Below the pieces are notes generated by a model. The model made no database searches. It was not told where the DNA came from and saw only the letters and a program-made list of their open reading frames with translations. From positions 1 to 34,985 of the forward strand of contig JBBRPR010000081.1 of the NCBI GenBank assembly GCA_038227875.1: a stretch of 34,985 bases of DNA, written 5' to 3'. The position numbers and the translations under genes are program-made. Source of the DNA: Planctomycetota bacterium (GTDB lineage: Bacteria > Planctomycetota > SZUA-567 > H5-PLA8). Of the stretch, positions 1 through 9,382 are shown in pieces (the first letter of the stretch is position 1; the number at the start of each line of letters is the position of its first letter).

Positions 1-1
1 A

Positions 2-154
2 GTGATCACCGGTGGCGTGAACTACTACATCAAGGGTCACGACGCGAAGATCCAGATGAACTACAACGCGATGAAGGACCCGGATGGCGGCCACAACAAC
101 TTCCACAACGTTCGCAACAACAGCTTCGTTGTGAACTTCCAGGTCGCGTTCTAA
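2..154 (+). CDS. 3' end of an outer-membrane porin (OprO/OprP-like), paralog of the next gene; partial
   Basis: Frame from base 2 reads VITGGVNYYIKGHDAKIQMNYN...NNSFVVNFQVAF*, closely matching the C-terminus of 547..2103 (TGGVNYYIQGNTKIMVNY...NAFVVNFQVAF); terminal Phe is the beta-barrel signature. Confidence 0.85.
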   Translation: MITGGVNYYIKGHDAKIQMNYNAMKDPDGGHNNFHNVRNNSFVVNFQVAF

Positions 155-203
155 AACGTAAAGAAACAGGCTGGCGGGTGATTCACCCGCTGGTTTAAAA
201 ATC

Positions 204-248
204 AAAAGGGCCGGACGAACCCGCGATCGTCCGGCCCTTTTCTTTTTT
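204..248 (+). terminator. Rho-independent terminator
   Basis: AAAAGGGCCGGACGA-loop-TCGTCCGGCCCTTTT followed by a T-rich tract. Confidence 0.85.
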
Positions 249-355
249 GAGAGAAGTTGTTGAACGCCGCAATAGTTGAGCGCTCGCATTCCCAAGTTCT
301 TATGTAACTCTAATTTGTATCTCGTTTTATATATTTAAATTGTGTCTCGATATAG

Positions 356-395
356 CTTTGCATAATCTTGACACGACCCACAACGAGTCTTAATC
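356..395 (+). promoter_or_regulatory. Candidate Pho-box-like direct repeats / promoter of the porin gene
   Basis: cTTTGCA (357), cTTGACA (368) and cTTAATC (390) lie on an 11-bp register in AT-rich DNA, like the motif upstream of pstB. Confidence 0.3.
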
Positions 396-546
396 CCGCC
401 CGCTAAACTCCCTTGTGCAAATCCGCATACGCATTGAGTCGTCGCGAACAGACGCTGGTCTGTCGTTTTCAATTGTTGAGGGGGGAGTGATGGATTCTCC
501 AGAGCCGGGCAAACAGGGATCGACGGGAGGAGTAATGGGGAGAGTA

Positions 547-2103
547 ATGGCAAAAAAGAGTTTGGTAATGCTGTTGGCCTTGATCGCGATGAGTTTCTCG
601 CTCCGCGCAGCGGATTCGGACTTCGAGACGTTGAAAAAGGAGATCGAAGAGCTCAAGAAAGACAACGCGGACATCAAGAAGACCAACGCTGAACTGGCGT
701 CGAAGATCAAGCCCGCTGCCAGTAACACGGAGAAGGCGCTGGACGCGAAGTACGGTCCCAACGCGACGGTTGTCACGAAGACCGGCAAGCTGAAAATCAG
801 CGGACTGCTCCAGGTCTGGTACTATACGTATCAGAAGGATAACAACGCGCTGTTCCAGGATGCGGCCGGCAACGGCATTTTCGACACGAACGAAGCGTCG
901 ATGAACAGCGGCACCCGTATCCGCCGCACCGAGCTGAAGTTCACGATGGACCTGACCGACAACATCACGTCCGTGGTGATGATCGATCCGGCGCGCGAAG
1001 CGCAGAGTTTCCCGGGCATGCCGGACAATCAGGTGACTCAGAGTATCTTCAAGCGCGGTCTGAACGCCAATTTGGCGAATGTGCAGGGTGGCGTGGGCAG
1101 CGCGCCTCGCTTGCTGCAGGACGCGTACATCAACTACCACAATTTTGTCCCGCACCACGATTTCCAGCTGGGACAGTTCAAGCCGTTTATCGGCGAAGAA
1201 GGAATCCGCGGCAGTTCGGAATTGGATTTCGTCGAACGTTCGTTCGTGGGCCAGCTGGCTGACAATCGCGACCTCGGCATTGTCGCGCACGGCGAATGGT
1301 GGCACGCGGACGGCAAGGGCGGCGGCCAGATTCAGTACTGGCTCGGTGCCTTCGACAACGCGGGGAACTACTATCAGTCGGGTGGCCAGGCTCAGAACCG
1401 CGCCGACGACAACGACGAGAAGGATTTCAACTACCGCATTCTCGTTCGTCCCTTCTGGAAGCAGGATAGCTGCGACAAGTGGTGGGGCAGCCTGGAACTC
1501 GGGTTCTCCGGTGAATTCGGAAGGCACGGACAAGCGGGCGGTCCTGATCCGGTTGACGCTCCTGTCAACGGTCTGAACCGCCGCCGGGTCTGGGCCAGCC
1601 GCCAGGACGCGTGGGGCTACTACGCGCCCGCCGGTCCGGTCAGCGGTCTGTGGTTCCGTGGTGAATGGGAATGGCAGAAGGATAAGAACGCGCCGTCGGC
1701 CGTCATCGACCTGCTGGGTCAGGGCAACGCCGGCGATGGCTCGACGCAGACGAACGGCAAGCCGTTCGCCTCGCAGGGCTTCTACGTGTCGACCGGTTAC
1801 AAGCTCTCGCAGAGCAAGCTCTTCTCCTGCGAATGCCCGGCCTGGTACAAGCAGCTCGAATTCGTGGCCCGCTACGAGCAGTACCAGAACGTCGAAATCG
1901 CCGATCCGGCGAACCCCAGCCGTACGAATGCCTTCTACACCAAGGTGGCAACCGGCGGTGTGAACTACTACATCCAGGGCAACACGAAGATCATGGTGAA
2001 CTACAGTTCGATCCGCAATCCCGAAGGCGGATCGAGCGCACCGTACGTTTTTCACAACACCAAGGACAACGCGTTTGTCGTGAATTTCCAGGTGGCGTTC
2101 TAA
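547..2103 (+). CDS. Phosphate-selective porin O/P-like outer-membrane beta-barrel protein
   Basis: Signal peptide MAKKSLVMLLALIAMSFSLRA after a GGGAGAG RBS, short coiled coil, then porin-O/P-like motifs (RIRRTELKF, LQDAYINY, LGQFKPFIGEE, SSELDFVERS, RDLG) and C-terminal F. The ORF-track start at 415 is probably too long. Confidence 0.75.
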   Translation: MAKKSLVMLLALIAMSFSLRAADSDFETLKKEIEELKKDNADIKKTNAELASKIKPAASNTEKALDAKYGPNATVVTKTGKLKISGLLQVWYYTYQKDNNALFQDAAGNGIFDTNEASMNSGTRIRRTELKFTMDLTDNITSVVMIDPAREAQSFPGMPDNQVTQSIFKRGLNANLANVQGGVGSAPRLLQDAYINYHNFVPHHDFQLGQFKPFIGEEGIRGSSELDFVERSFVGQLADNRDLGIVAHGEWWHADGKGGGQIQYWLGAFDNAGNYYQSGGQAQNRADDNDEKDFNYRILVRPFWKQDSCDKWWGSLELGFSGEFGRHGQAGGPDPVDAPVNGLNRRRVWASRQDAWGYYAPAGPVSGLWFRGEWEWQKDKNAPSAVIDLLGQGNAGDGSTQTNGKPFASQGFYVSTGYKLSQSKLFSCECPAWYKQLEFVARYEQYQNVEIADPANPSRTNAFYTKVATGGVNYYIQGNTKIMVNYSSIRNPEGGSSAPYVFHNTKDNAFVVNFQVAF

Positions 2104-2111
2104 GCGTAAGA

Positions 2112-2151
2112 TCGGACCACTCCCGTCACGGCCGTGGCGGGGGTGGTCCGA
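2112..2151 (+). other. GC-rich stem-loop after the porin gene (terminator or mRNA stabiliser, no U tract)
   Basis: TCGGACCACTCCCGTCACG / CGTGGCGGGGGTGGTCCGA inverted repeat. Confidence 0.55.
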
Positions 2152-2222
2152 ATGCAGTGACGAGTAGTGCGTGAAATTTCCCCGTGAAGCTTAACCCGAT
2201 TTAGAAATCTTGGAGATTTGTC

Positions 2223-3176
2223 ATGACCATGCGTATGCCAGTTCTGCTGGCACTGTTTCTCGCCGTCTTCGCTCTTTCGGCTCAGGCCTCCGATGATCCG
2301 GCCGGAGGCCGCGCCATTGTGCTGGCTCCCAGCACTTCCGGAGCTTCCTTGTTTCCGTTGAAGAATCCCGGCATCGTGACGCTCGGTACATTGTCGATTC
2401 AGAACCGCATCGACTTCGCCATCAGCGCCAGCTCGTCATCCAATGGCAATTTGTCCTACTCCTGGAATTGGGGAGACGGCTTGCCCAACAGTACCGGACC
2501 TTTCCCCAATCACACCTACATCGTCGCCGGCATTTACGGCGTGGTGGTGACCACAACTGAAAAAAACAGCGCAGGGGTCACGCTGAGCACCCGCTCCGAC
2601 ACCATCTCCACCACCGTGACCGACGGTGTAAAGGCGAACAAGCTCCAGACCAATGAAGACTTCGGCGGCGGCGGCAAGGATTCGATCCGCTTCTCCGGCT
2701 CGCTGCACATTCCGTCGACTGCGCCTCTGGCAGGCCAGTTGGTTCAGATCAGCCTCGGCAATCTGAATCTGCCCTTCAATCCAAGCAGCCTGGGCGTCAA
2801 TGACGGCGTGGTCTTCACCTTCACGCTCAACGAGAAGGGCATTGCCACGTTCACCACGAATGCGAACGTGATCTTCGGTGCAACGTCCAACGGAAATGGC
2901 GCGAGTGCGCTGACCCAGGGTACCTGCAAAGGCCAGTTCAAGCTTGCCAAGCGTGCCCGCGCTGGCGGAACCGCGTTCGTCGACGCACCGTTCCTTCTGA
3001 CAGTGAAGGCGGCCACGTTCGCGGCAGCACTGGCGAACGAAGGCGTGGTCAACGTGAACGCCAACCGCGAGAACGTGCGCATCACCGCCCGCGTGCTGGC
3101 CTACAATATCGTTTATCAGTCCGGGATTAATTCGTTGTTTACCGCGAGACAGGGTAAGAAGGGTAAGACGCGTTAG
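2223..3176 (+). CDS. Secreted PKD-domain protein
   Basis: Signal peptide; PKD signature SYSWNWGDG...PNHTYIVAGIYGVVVT; beta-rich uncharacterised C-terminal domain. Confidence 0.8.
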   Translation: MTMRMPVLLALFLAVFALSAQASDDPAGGRAIVLAPSTSGASLFPLKNPGIVTLGTLSIQNRIDFAISASSSSNGNLSYSWNWGDGLPNSTGPFPNHTYIVAGIYGVVVTTTEKNSAGVTLSTRSDTISTTVTDGVKANKLQTNEDFGGGGKDSIRFSGSLHIPSTAPLAGQLVQISLGNLNLPFNPSSLGVNDGVVFTFTLNEKGIATFTTNANVIFGATSNGNGASALTQGTCKGQFKLAKRARAGGTAFVDAPFLLTVKAATFAAALANEGVVNVNANRENVRITARVLAYNIVYQSGINSLFTARQGKKGKTR

Positions 3177-3201
3177 CCGTAAAGCTCCGAATGATCGAAT
3201 G

Positions 3202-3240
3202 CAAGCGGCCTCGATGAAAGTCGAGGCCGCTTGTTTTCTT
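3202..3240. terminator. Terminator between convergent genes
   Basis: CAAGCGGCCTCGA-loop-TCGAGGCCGCTTG followed by TTTTCTT. Confidence 0.8.
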
Positions 3241-3248
3241 AGAGCAGA

Positions 3249-3656
3249 TCACTCCGCGCGATGACTGTTCGCTCGGGCCTGTTGCGAACCGTGGAACTGA
3301 TAGTCCGCCCATGGCATCCGGTGGTACATCGACCAGTAGAAGCTCACGAACAGCGTGCTGAAAATGAGCAGATGCAGCCCCATCTTCGGCAGCGAGAACA
3401 TATTCGTCGTCACCGCCCGCGTCGCTTTCAGCGTGCCGTCCACGACGCGGGTGATCAAGCCCTGTACGGGGCCAAACAGGCCCACGATGAAGGCCATCTT
3501 GATCAACGTCCGGCCGGCCAGGGGGATCGACGGCTGGGAATAAAGCCACGGGTTAATCAGCAGATCCGTGATCAACGCCAGCACCAGCACGGTCTCGGCT
3601 TTCGCCAGCTTGGAATGATACGACGAGGTGCGCGGTGGCGACTTTTCAGGAGGCAT
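3249..3656 (-). CDS. Small hypothetical membrane protein
   Basis: 135 aa with about three hydrophobic segments; converges on the terminator. Confidence 0.65.
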   Translation of the reverse strand: MPPEKSPPRTSSYHSKLAKAETVLVLALITDLLINPWLYSQPSIPLAGRTLIKMAFIVGLFGPVQGLITRVVDGTLKATRAVTTNMFSLPKMGLHLLIFSTLFVSFYWSMYHRMPWADYQFHGSQQARANSHRAE

Positions 3657-3819
3657 GCCTAGTCCCGGGAGGATTTTAAAGGTGTGAGGCTATTTTTCGG
3701 CCAGTCGCAGGCCGGACTTGATCCAATCTCAAAACGGCTGCGAACGAGGCGCGAATCGCCTCAAAATGTTCTGTCGGCGAAAGGTTCGTTGCAAAGTCAG
3801 GGTACCTAAAGCATTGCAA

Positions 3820-3859
3820 CTTCACAGAGCCTTAACATGCATCCTATATGGTCTTTACG
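3820..3859 (+). promoter_or_regulatory. Candidate Pho box upstream of pstB
   Basis: TTCACA (3821), TTAACA (3832), CCTATA (3843), TTTACG (3854) at exact 11-bp spacing, resembling the TT(A/C/T)ACA PhoP-type repeat. Confidence 0.5.
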
Positions 3860-3894
3860 TTGGCACTTAGAATGAATACAAAAGGGGGAAGAAT

Positions 3895-4752
<858 letters not shown>

Positions 4753-4787
4753 GGTGCATGTCGAAACTTGAATGTCGAATGTCGAAT

Positions 4788-4821
4788 AAAAAGCGCGCCG
4801 CTGAATGCGGCGCGTTTTTTT
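4788..4821. terminator. Bidirectional Rho-independent terminator
   Basis: AAAAAGCGCGCCG-loop-CGGCGCGTTTTTTT between convergent genes. Confidence 0.85.
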
Positions 4822-4867
4822 CTATGTCTTCAATTGTTACTCAGTCGTTCGACATTCGACAGTCGCC

Positions 4868-5941
4868 TCACTCGTCTTCGACCTTCGGCTTCGTCGGTTT
4901 CTTCTCGTCGGCGGGGCCGGGCTTTTTCTCGGGGTCTTTTTTCGGATCGGCGGCAGCAGCGGCGCCGGCTTTGCCGGGCATGACCACGTCCAGATCGGTC
5001 TTGCCCGTACCGGTGTTCTTCGCGGCGTCGGTGATCGTGAACGTCAGCGAATTCTTGCCTTCCTTCGTCGGCGTGCCAGTGATTTTGCCGTCGGGCGTCA
5101 TCGCCAGACCCTCGGGCAGCGCGCCGGAGACCTTGAACGTGTACGGCGCGCATCCGCCCTTGGCTTTGACGTGATCGTCGAAGGCCTCGCCGATGCGCCC
5201 CTGCTTGAGCGACGCGATCAGCGCGACTTTCATCTGCGGCATCGTGCCGGTGGGCTTCAACGTCGTCGGTTTGAGCCACGCCGAATTGTGTTTCGGCTGC
5301 GTCGCCCAATGCAGTTCGAGCTTCGGCTTGAATTCACCGTCGGTGGCTTTGCAGCTGTAGGGACGTGCATTGGTGGTCGAATCGTTGTCGCTGATCAGCA
5401 GGCAGACGCCGTAATTCGGATTCTGTCCCGACTGCCAGGCCTGAACCAGCGGCGTGACGTCGAATTCCACAGGCTTGTTCGACGGGTCGCCGGTCTGATC
5501 TTCGGTGAGAATCGTTGACGCAATCGGAGCCGGATCGAAATCCGCCCCTTTGTTGATCCACTCGTCGTCGGCGATCGAGCGCGCCCAGCTGGCGGTCTTC
5601 TCCTCCCACGGGCGGAGCATGCGATGAACGCGGATGATGTCGAGCTTGACCTTGTTGCGCACGCCGGAGAGTTTGTAAAACGTCAGCCGCATCACGGCGG
5701 AGGTAATCGCCGGCGTCTTCGGCACGTCTTTGAGATCGAACTGAACCAGCGCGCGGAAATTGGGATTGGGATTCTTCGGCCCGTAAATCATCAAGTCGAT
5801 GGCCGTGGGATTCCAGCCGGGATCGCCGAGCACATCGGGCCGCAGTGTGGTGCTCTGTGTGGCCGTCAACATCATCGGATCGTCCTGCGCCGGAGCGCAG
5901 GCCATGAGCGTCAGCAGAGCCGCCAGAAGGACACGTCGCAT
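4868..5941 (-). CDS. Exported DNRLRE-like domain plus putative Ig (He_PIG-like) domain protein
   Basis: Signal/lipoprotein-like N-terminus MRRVLLAALLTLMAC; RALVQFDL...ITSAVMRL...FDVTPLVQAW...NYG...PKLEL pattern; GALPEGLAMTPDGKITGTPT Ig-like repeat; Lys/Pro-rich tail. Confidence 0.7.
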   Translation of the reverse strand: MRRVLLAALLTLMACAPAQDDPMMLTATQSTTLRPDVLGDPGWNPTAIDLMIYGPKNPNPNFRALVQFDLKDVPKTPAITSAVMRLTFYKLSGVRNKVKLDIIRVHRMLRPWEEKTASWARSIADDEWINKGADFDPAPIASTILTEDQTGDPSNKPVEFDVTPLVQAWQSGQNPNYGVCLLISDNDSTTNARPYSCKATDGEFKPKLELHWATQPKHNSAWLKPTTLKPTGTMPQMKVALIASLKQGRIGEAFDDHVKAKGGCAPYTFKVSGALPEGLAMTPDGKITGTPTKEGKNSLTFTITDAAKNTGTGKTDLDVVMPGKAGAAAAADPKKDPEKKPGPADEKKPTKPKVEDE

Positions 5942-6111
5942 CGTTGTTTCCTCACGAGAAGAACAGTTAAACAGGCGAGGCAAGTATACTCGCCGGGGTG
6001 GGGGATGTGTCGGGAAAAGTACGACAGCTTGTCGAGATATTGGAGACGGAAGTTTTCATTCTGAAAAGGTTATAGGGTATCCTTCGATCTCAAGTCTGGT
6101 ATACTGTTTCT

Positions 6112-6744
6112 ATGGCAAATGGCACCGTTTCTATCGCACCCGAAGATGCCGTATTCAATCGCGCGTCCAGACTTTTGACGGTGCAGCATGCCGTTGCAGA
6201 AATATGTGGAGGTAGAAAGGTGGATGCTGATCCGGAAGCATTGCGGGATGCGGTACTTCAAATTCGCAATATTGTTCGGAACATTGAGGGAGCGTACGTA
6301 ACAATTATTGGCGGGCTCGCCGTACAGCAACTCGGTTACGAACGTTGGACGGACGATGTCGATGTGGTTGTCGATCACGATCATTATTCCGAAGTGCTGG
6401 ACCAGTTGCGCACGAACGGTTTCATGATCACGGAAAACTTTTCGCTTCAAAATAAGCATACGGGCGCGAAAGTTGACTTACTGCGTGAAGGAACGACTCT
6501 TCGAAACGCAAAATATCCTTTGCCGCATCCGCGTGAACTGGGCCCCAACACCGGATTCGCCACATTATCGAGCGTGGTACGCTTGAAAATCGACGCACAC
6601 CGGCGCCAGGATCTTGCGGACGTGGTGGCCATGCTCAAGAAAAATCTAGATAAAATTTCCGCAATACGCACCGTGCTTCCAGAACCGATGCTGGCTGAGT
6701 TTGACCAACTTTCAGAAGAAGCGCGCCTCGACGCGCGTCCCTGA
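6112..6744 (+). CDS. Pol-beta-superfamily nucleotidyltransferase-like protein (AbiEii/DUF6036-like)
   Basis: IIGGLAV...GYERWTDDVDVVV motif, later VDLL and K...R..D..D (LKIDAHRRQDLADV). Confidence 0.7.
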   Translation: MANGTVSIAPEDAVFNRASRLLTVQHAVAEICGGRKVDADPEALRDAVLQIRNIVRNIEGAYVTIIGGLAVQQLGYERWTDDVDVVVDHDHYSEVLDQLRTNGFMITENFSLQNKHTGAKVDLLREGTTLRNAKYPLPHPRELGPNTGFATLSSVVRLKIDAHRRQDLADVVAMLKKNLDKISAIRTVLPEPMLAEFDQLSEEARLDARP

Positions 6745-6897
6745 TTAAAAACCGCAATTCTCAACGAATCTTCATCATATCTGCGATTGCATTTTCCCAA
6801 TCTCGCGTCAATCTTGCGAAACGATTTCAATGTGCATTTATCGCGCGCCGCGCTGGCCGTCAGCGGGGTGCCAACTTAACGGTTTTGGGGGTGCGTC

Positions 6898-8490
6898 ATG
6901 GGTGATCTTGCGCTGTGGGACCGGTTCAAAAAGTACTACCTGGCCTGTGAATCCGTGGACGTCTGCGTCGATGTCAGCCGCATGAAGTTCACTGAAGCGT
7001 TCCTGCAGGAAAAGGACGCCGACATTCGCAAGGCCTTTGTTGAGATGGATAAGCTCGAAGCAGGCGCGATCGCCAATCCCGACGAAAACCGCATGGTCGG
7101 CCACTACTGGCTGCGCGACGCGTCGAAGGCTCCGACGCCGGAACTGAAAAAGGAAATCGAAAGCACGCTGGCCAAGATCAAGAAGTTCGCCAAGGCCGTT
7201 CACGCTGGCACGATCAAGCCGCAGAAGGCCAAGGTTTTCAAGAACGTCCTCACCGTCGGCATCGGCGGCTCGGCGCTCGGACCGCAGTTCGTCGCCAAGG
7301 CGCTGGGTACCGCCGGCGATCCGATGAAGCCCTTCTTCTTCGACAACACCGATCCGGAAGGCATGGACAACGTCCTCGCCCAGATCGGCGATGGCCTGAA
7401 GGAAACGATCGTCGTCGTCATCTCCAAGTCCGGCGGCACGAAGGAAACCCGCAACGGCATGCTGGAAGCCAAGCAGGCTTTCGAAAACGCGAAGCTCGTT
7501 TTTGAAAAGCACGCCGTCGCTGTGACGCAGGACGGTTCGGACCTGGACAAGGTCGCCGTCGCCGGCGGCTGGCTGGAACGCTTCCCGATGTGGGATTGGG
7601 TCGGCGGCCGCACGTCGGAATTGTCGGCGGTCGGTCTGGTTCCCGCGGCGCTGCAGGGACTCGACATTCAGGGCATGCTCAACGGCGCGAAGGCGATGGA
7701 TGCCGTCACGCGCATCAAGGATCCGTTGAAGAATCCCGCCGCGCTGCTCTCGCTGATGTGGTACTGGTCGGGCGACGGCCGCGGCAAGAAGGACATGGTC
7801 GTGCTGCCGTACAAGGACCGCCTCGAACTGTTCAGCAAGTACCTCCAGCAGCTCGTGATGGAATCGCTGGGCAAGGAAAAGGACCTGAGCGGCAAGGTCG
7901 TCAACCAGGGTATCGCCGTTTACGGCAACAAGGGTTCGACCGACCAGCACGCGTACGTTCAGCAGCTGCGCGACGGCGTGAACAACTTCTTCGTCACCTT
8001 CATTGAAGTGTTGAAGGACCGCGAAGGCAAATCGCTGTTGGTGGAACCCGGCGCGACGAGCGGCGACTTCCTCAACGGCTTCCATCAGGGCACGCGCGAA
8101 GCGCTCTATCAGAGCAACCGTGAGAGCATCACGATCACCGTCCGCGACACCAGCCCCGAGACCGTCGGCAAGCTGATCGCGCTCTACGAACGCGTCGTCG
8201 GTTTCTACGGCACGCTGGTGAACACGAATGCGTACCATCAGCCCGGCGTCGAAGCCGGCAAGAAGGCCGCGACGAGCGTCCTGGCGATCCAGCACAAGAT
8301 CGTCGAGCACCTCAAGGGTCACAAGGGCCACGCGCACACCGTCACCGAAGTTGCCGAACACATCGACGCGAAGGACCAGGTCGAGACCGTGTTCAAGGTG
8401 CTGCAGCACTTGACCGCGAACAAGGATCACGGCGTGAAGAAGAAGCAGGCCGCGGGCGCGTCGGTGTTTGAAGCGACGTACTCGGCGTAA
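6898..8490 (+). CDS. pgi: Glucose-6-phosphate isomerase
   Basis: [54 protein letters not shown]. Confidence 0.97.
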   Translation: MGDLALWDRFKKYYLACESVDVCVDVSRMKFTEAFLQEKDADIRKAFVEMDKLEAGAIANPDENRMVGHYWLRDASKAPTPELKKEIESTLAKIKKFAKAVHAGTIKPQKAKVFKNVLTVGIGGSALGPQFVAKALGTAGDPMKPFFFDNTDPEGMDNVLAQIGDGLKETIVVVISKSGGTKETRNGMLEAKQAFENAKLVFEKHAVAVTQDGSDLDKVAVAGGWLERFPMWDWVGGRTSELSAVGLVPAALQGLDIQGMLNGAKAMDAVTRIKDPLKNPAALLSLMWYWSGDGRGKKDMVVLPYKDRLELFSKYLQQLVMESLGKEKDLSGKVVNQGIAVYGNKGSTDQHAYVQQLRDGVNNFFVTFIEVLKDREGKSLLVEPGATSGDFLNGFHQGTREALYQSNRESITITVRDTSPETVGKLIALYERVVGFYGTLVNTNAYHQPGVEAGKKAATSVLAIQHKIVEHLKGHKGHAHTVTEVAEHIDAKDQVETVFKVLQHLTANKDHGVKKKQAAGASVFEATYSA

Positions 8491-8524
8491 ACTCGGAAGT
8501 AATCGCACGACTTAGGTCAAAATG

Positions 8525-8560
8525 AGGGCGGCGCTCCCACGAGCGCCGCCCTTCTTATTT
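8525..8560 (+). terminator. Rho-independent terminator of pgi
   Basis: AGGGCGGCGCTC-CCAC-GAGCGCCGCCCT followed by TCTTATTT. Confidence 0.8.
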
Positions 8561-8602
8561 GTCTCGTACGCGGTACTTAGAAATTCTTTTCCATACAATC
8601 CC

Positions 8603-8628
8603 GCAACAAAACCCGCTAGACTCCCGTC
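8603..8628 (+). promoter_or_regulatory. Candidate ECF-type autoregulatory promoter
   Basis: GCAAC-N17-CGTC upstream of the ECF sigma gene, matching the generic AAC...CGT ECF pattern. Confidence 0.3.
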
Positions 8629-8743
8629 AACCCTTCCGTAACCAGAACACGCGAATGTTTTTGAAGAATTCGCGTAATGGAGGCCGCGATGTCTCGACTG
8701 ATTAAGTGCGGCACCAAGGAAACGGGTCGAAAGGGTTTACCTC

Positions 8744-9382
8744 ATGGCGTCGCTACTACAGGGCGAACTACGCGTGCAAGATAAGTCTTCGCACTCCGCG
8801 CCGCAGGGAATGCCGTCGCACGACCGGCATGCGGCCCCCGTGTCGCCCGACGATTTGGCGTTGCGAGCAAAAGGCGGGGACAAACTCGCCCTCGAAGAGC
8901 TGATCAAGAACTTCGAAGGCGCCGTCTATCGCATCTGCTACCGTATTTTGAATAACCCCGTGCTGGCCGAAGACGCCCGCCAGGAAGCCTTCATCCGCAT
9001 GATCCAGTCGATCCATACTTTTGAAGCGCGCGGCCGGTTCTCAACCTGGCTCTTCTCGATCGCGACGCACGTTTCGCTGGACATCGTCCGCAGCAACCGC
9101 TCCGCGCCGCCCAGCGACAACCTCGCCGACGACGACCCGGCCGAAGACCCGCTCAACACCTGCATCAAAAAAGAAGACATCGGCCGCCTGGAAGAAGCGA
9201 TGGTGCTGCTCAACCCGCGCATGCGCACGCTGTTGACGCTGCGCTTTCAAGAAGGGTTGTCGTCACGCCAGATCAGCAAGATTCTTTCCGTCTCCGCCAA
9301 TCAAGTTCGCGTCGACCTGTTCCGCGCGCGCATTGCGCTTCGCAAAGTTCTCCACATCCGGGTCGACGAGAAGGAGCAGTAA
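8744..9382 (+). CDS. ECF-family RNA polymerase sigma factor
   Basis: Region 2 (AEDARQEAFIR...F....RFSTWLFSIA) and region 4 (LRFQEGLSSRQISKIL...VRVDLFRAR). Confidence 0.92.
   Translation: MASLLQGELRVQDKSSHSAPQGMPSHDRHAAPVSPDDLALRAKGGDKLALEELIKNFEGAVYRICYRILNNPVLAEDARQEAFIRMIQSIHTFEARGRFSTWLFSIATHVSLDIVRSNRSAPPSDNLADDDPAEDPLNTCIKKEDIGRLEEAMVLLNPRMRTLLTLRFQEGLSSRQISKILSVSANQVRVDLFRARIALRKVLHIRVDEKEQ

Noticed and set aside
3860..3878. Sigma54 promoter before pstB (TGGCACTTAGAATGAAT)
   Set aside because: Has GA instead of the invariant GC at -12.
8715..8742. c-di-GMP riboswitch suggested by GGAAAC...GAAA
   Set aside because: Stem pairing and the downstream conserved elements are not present.
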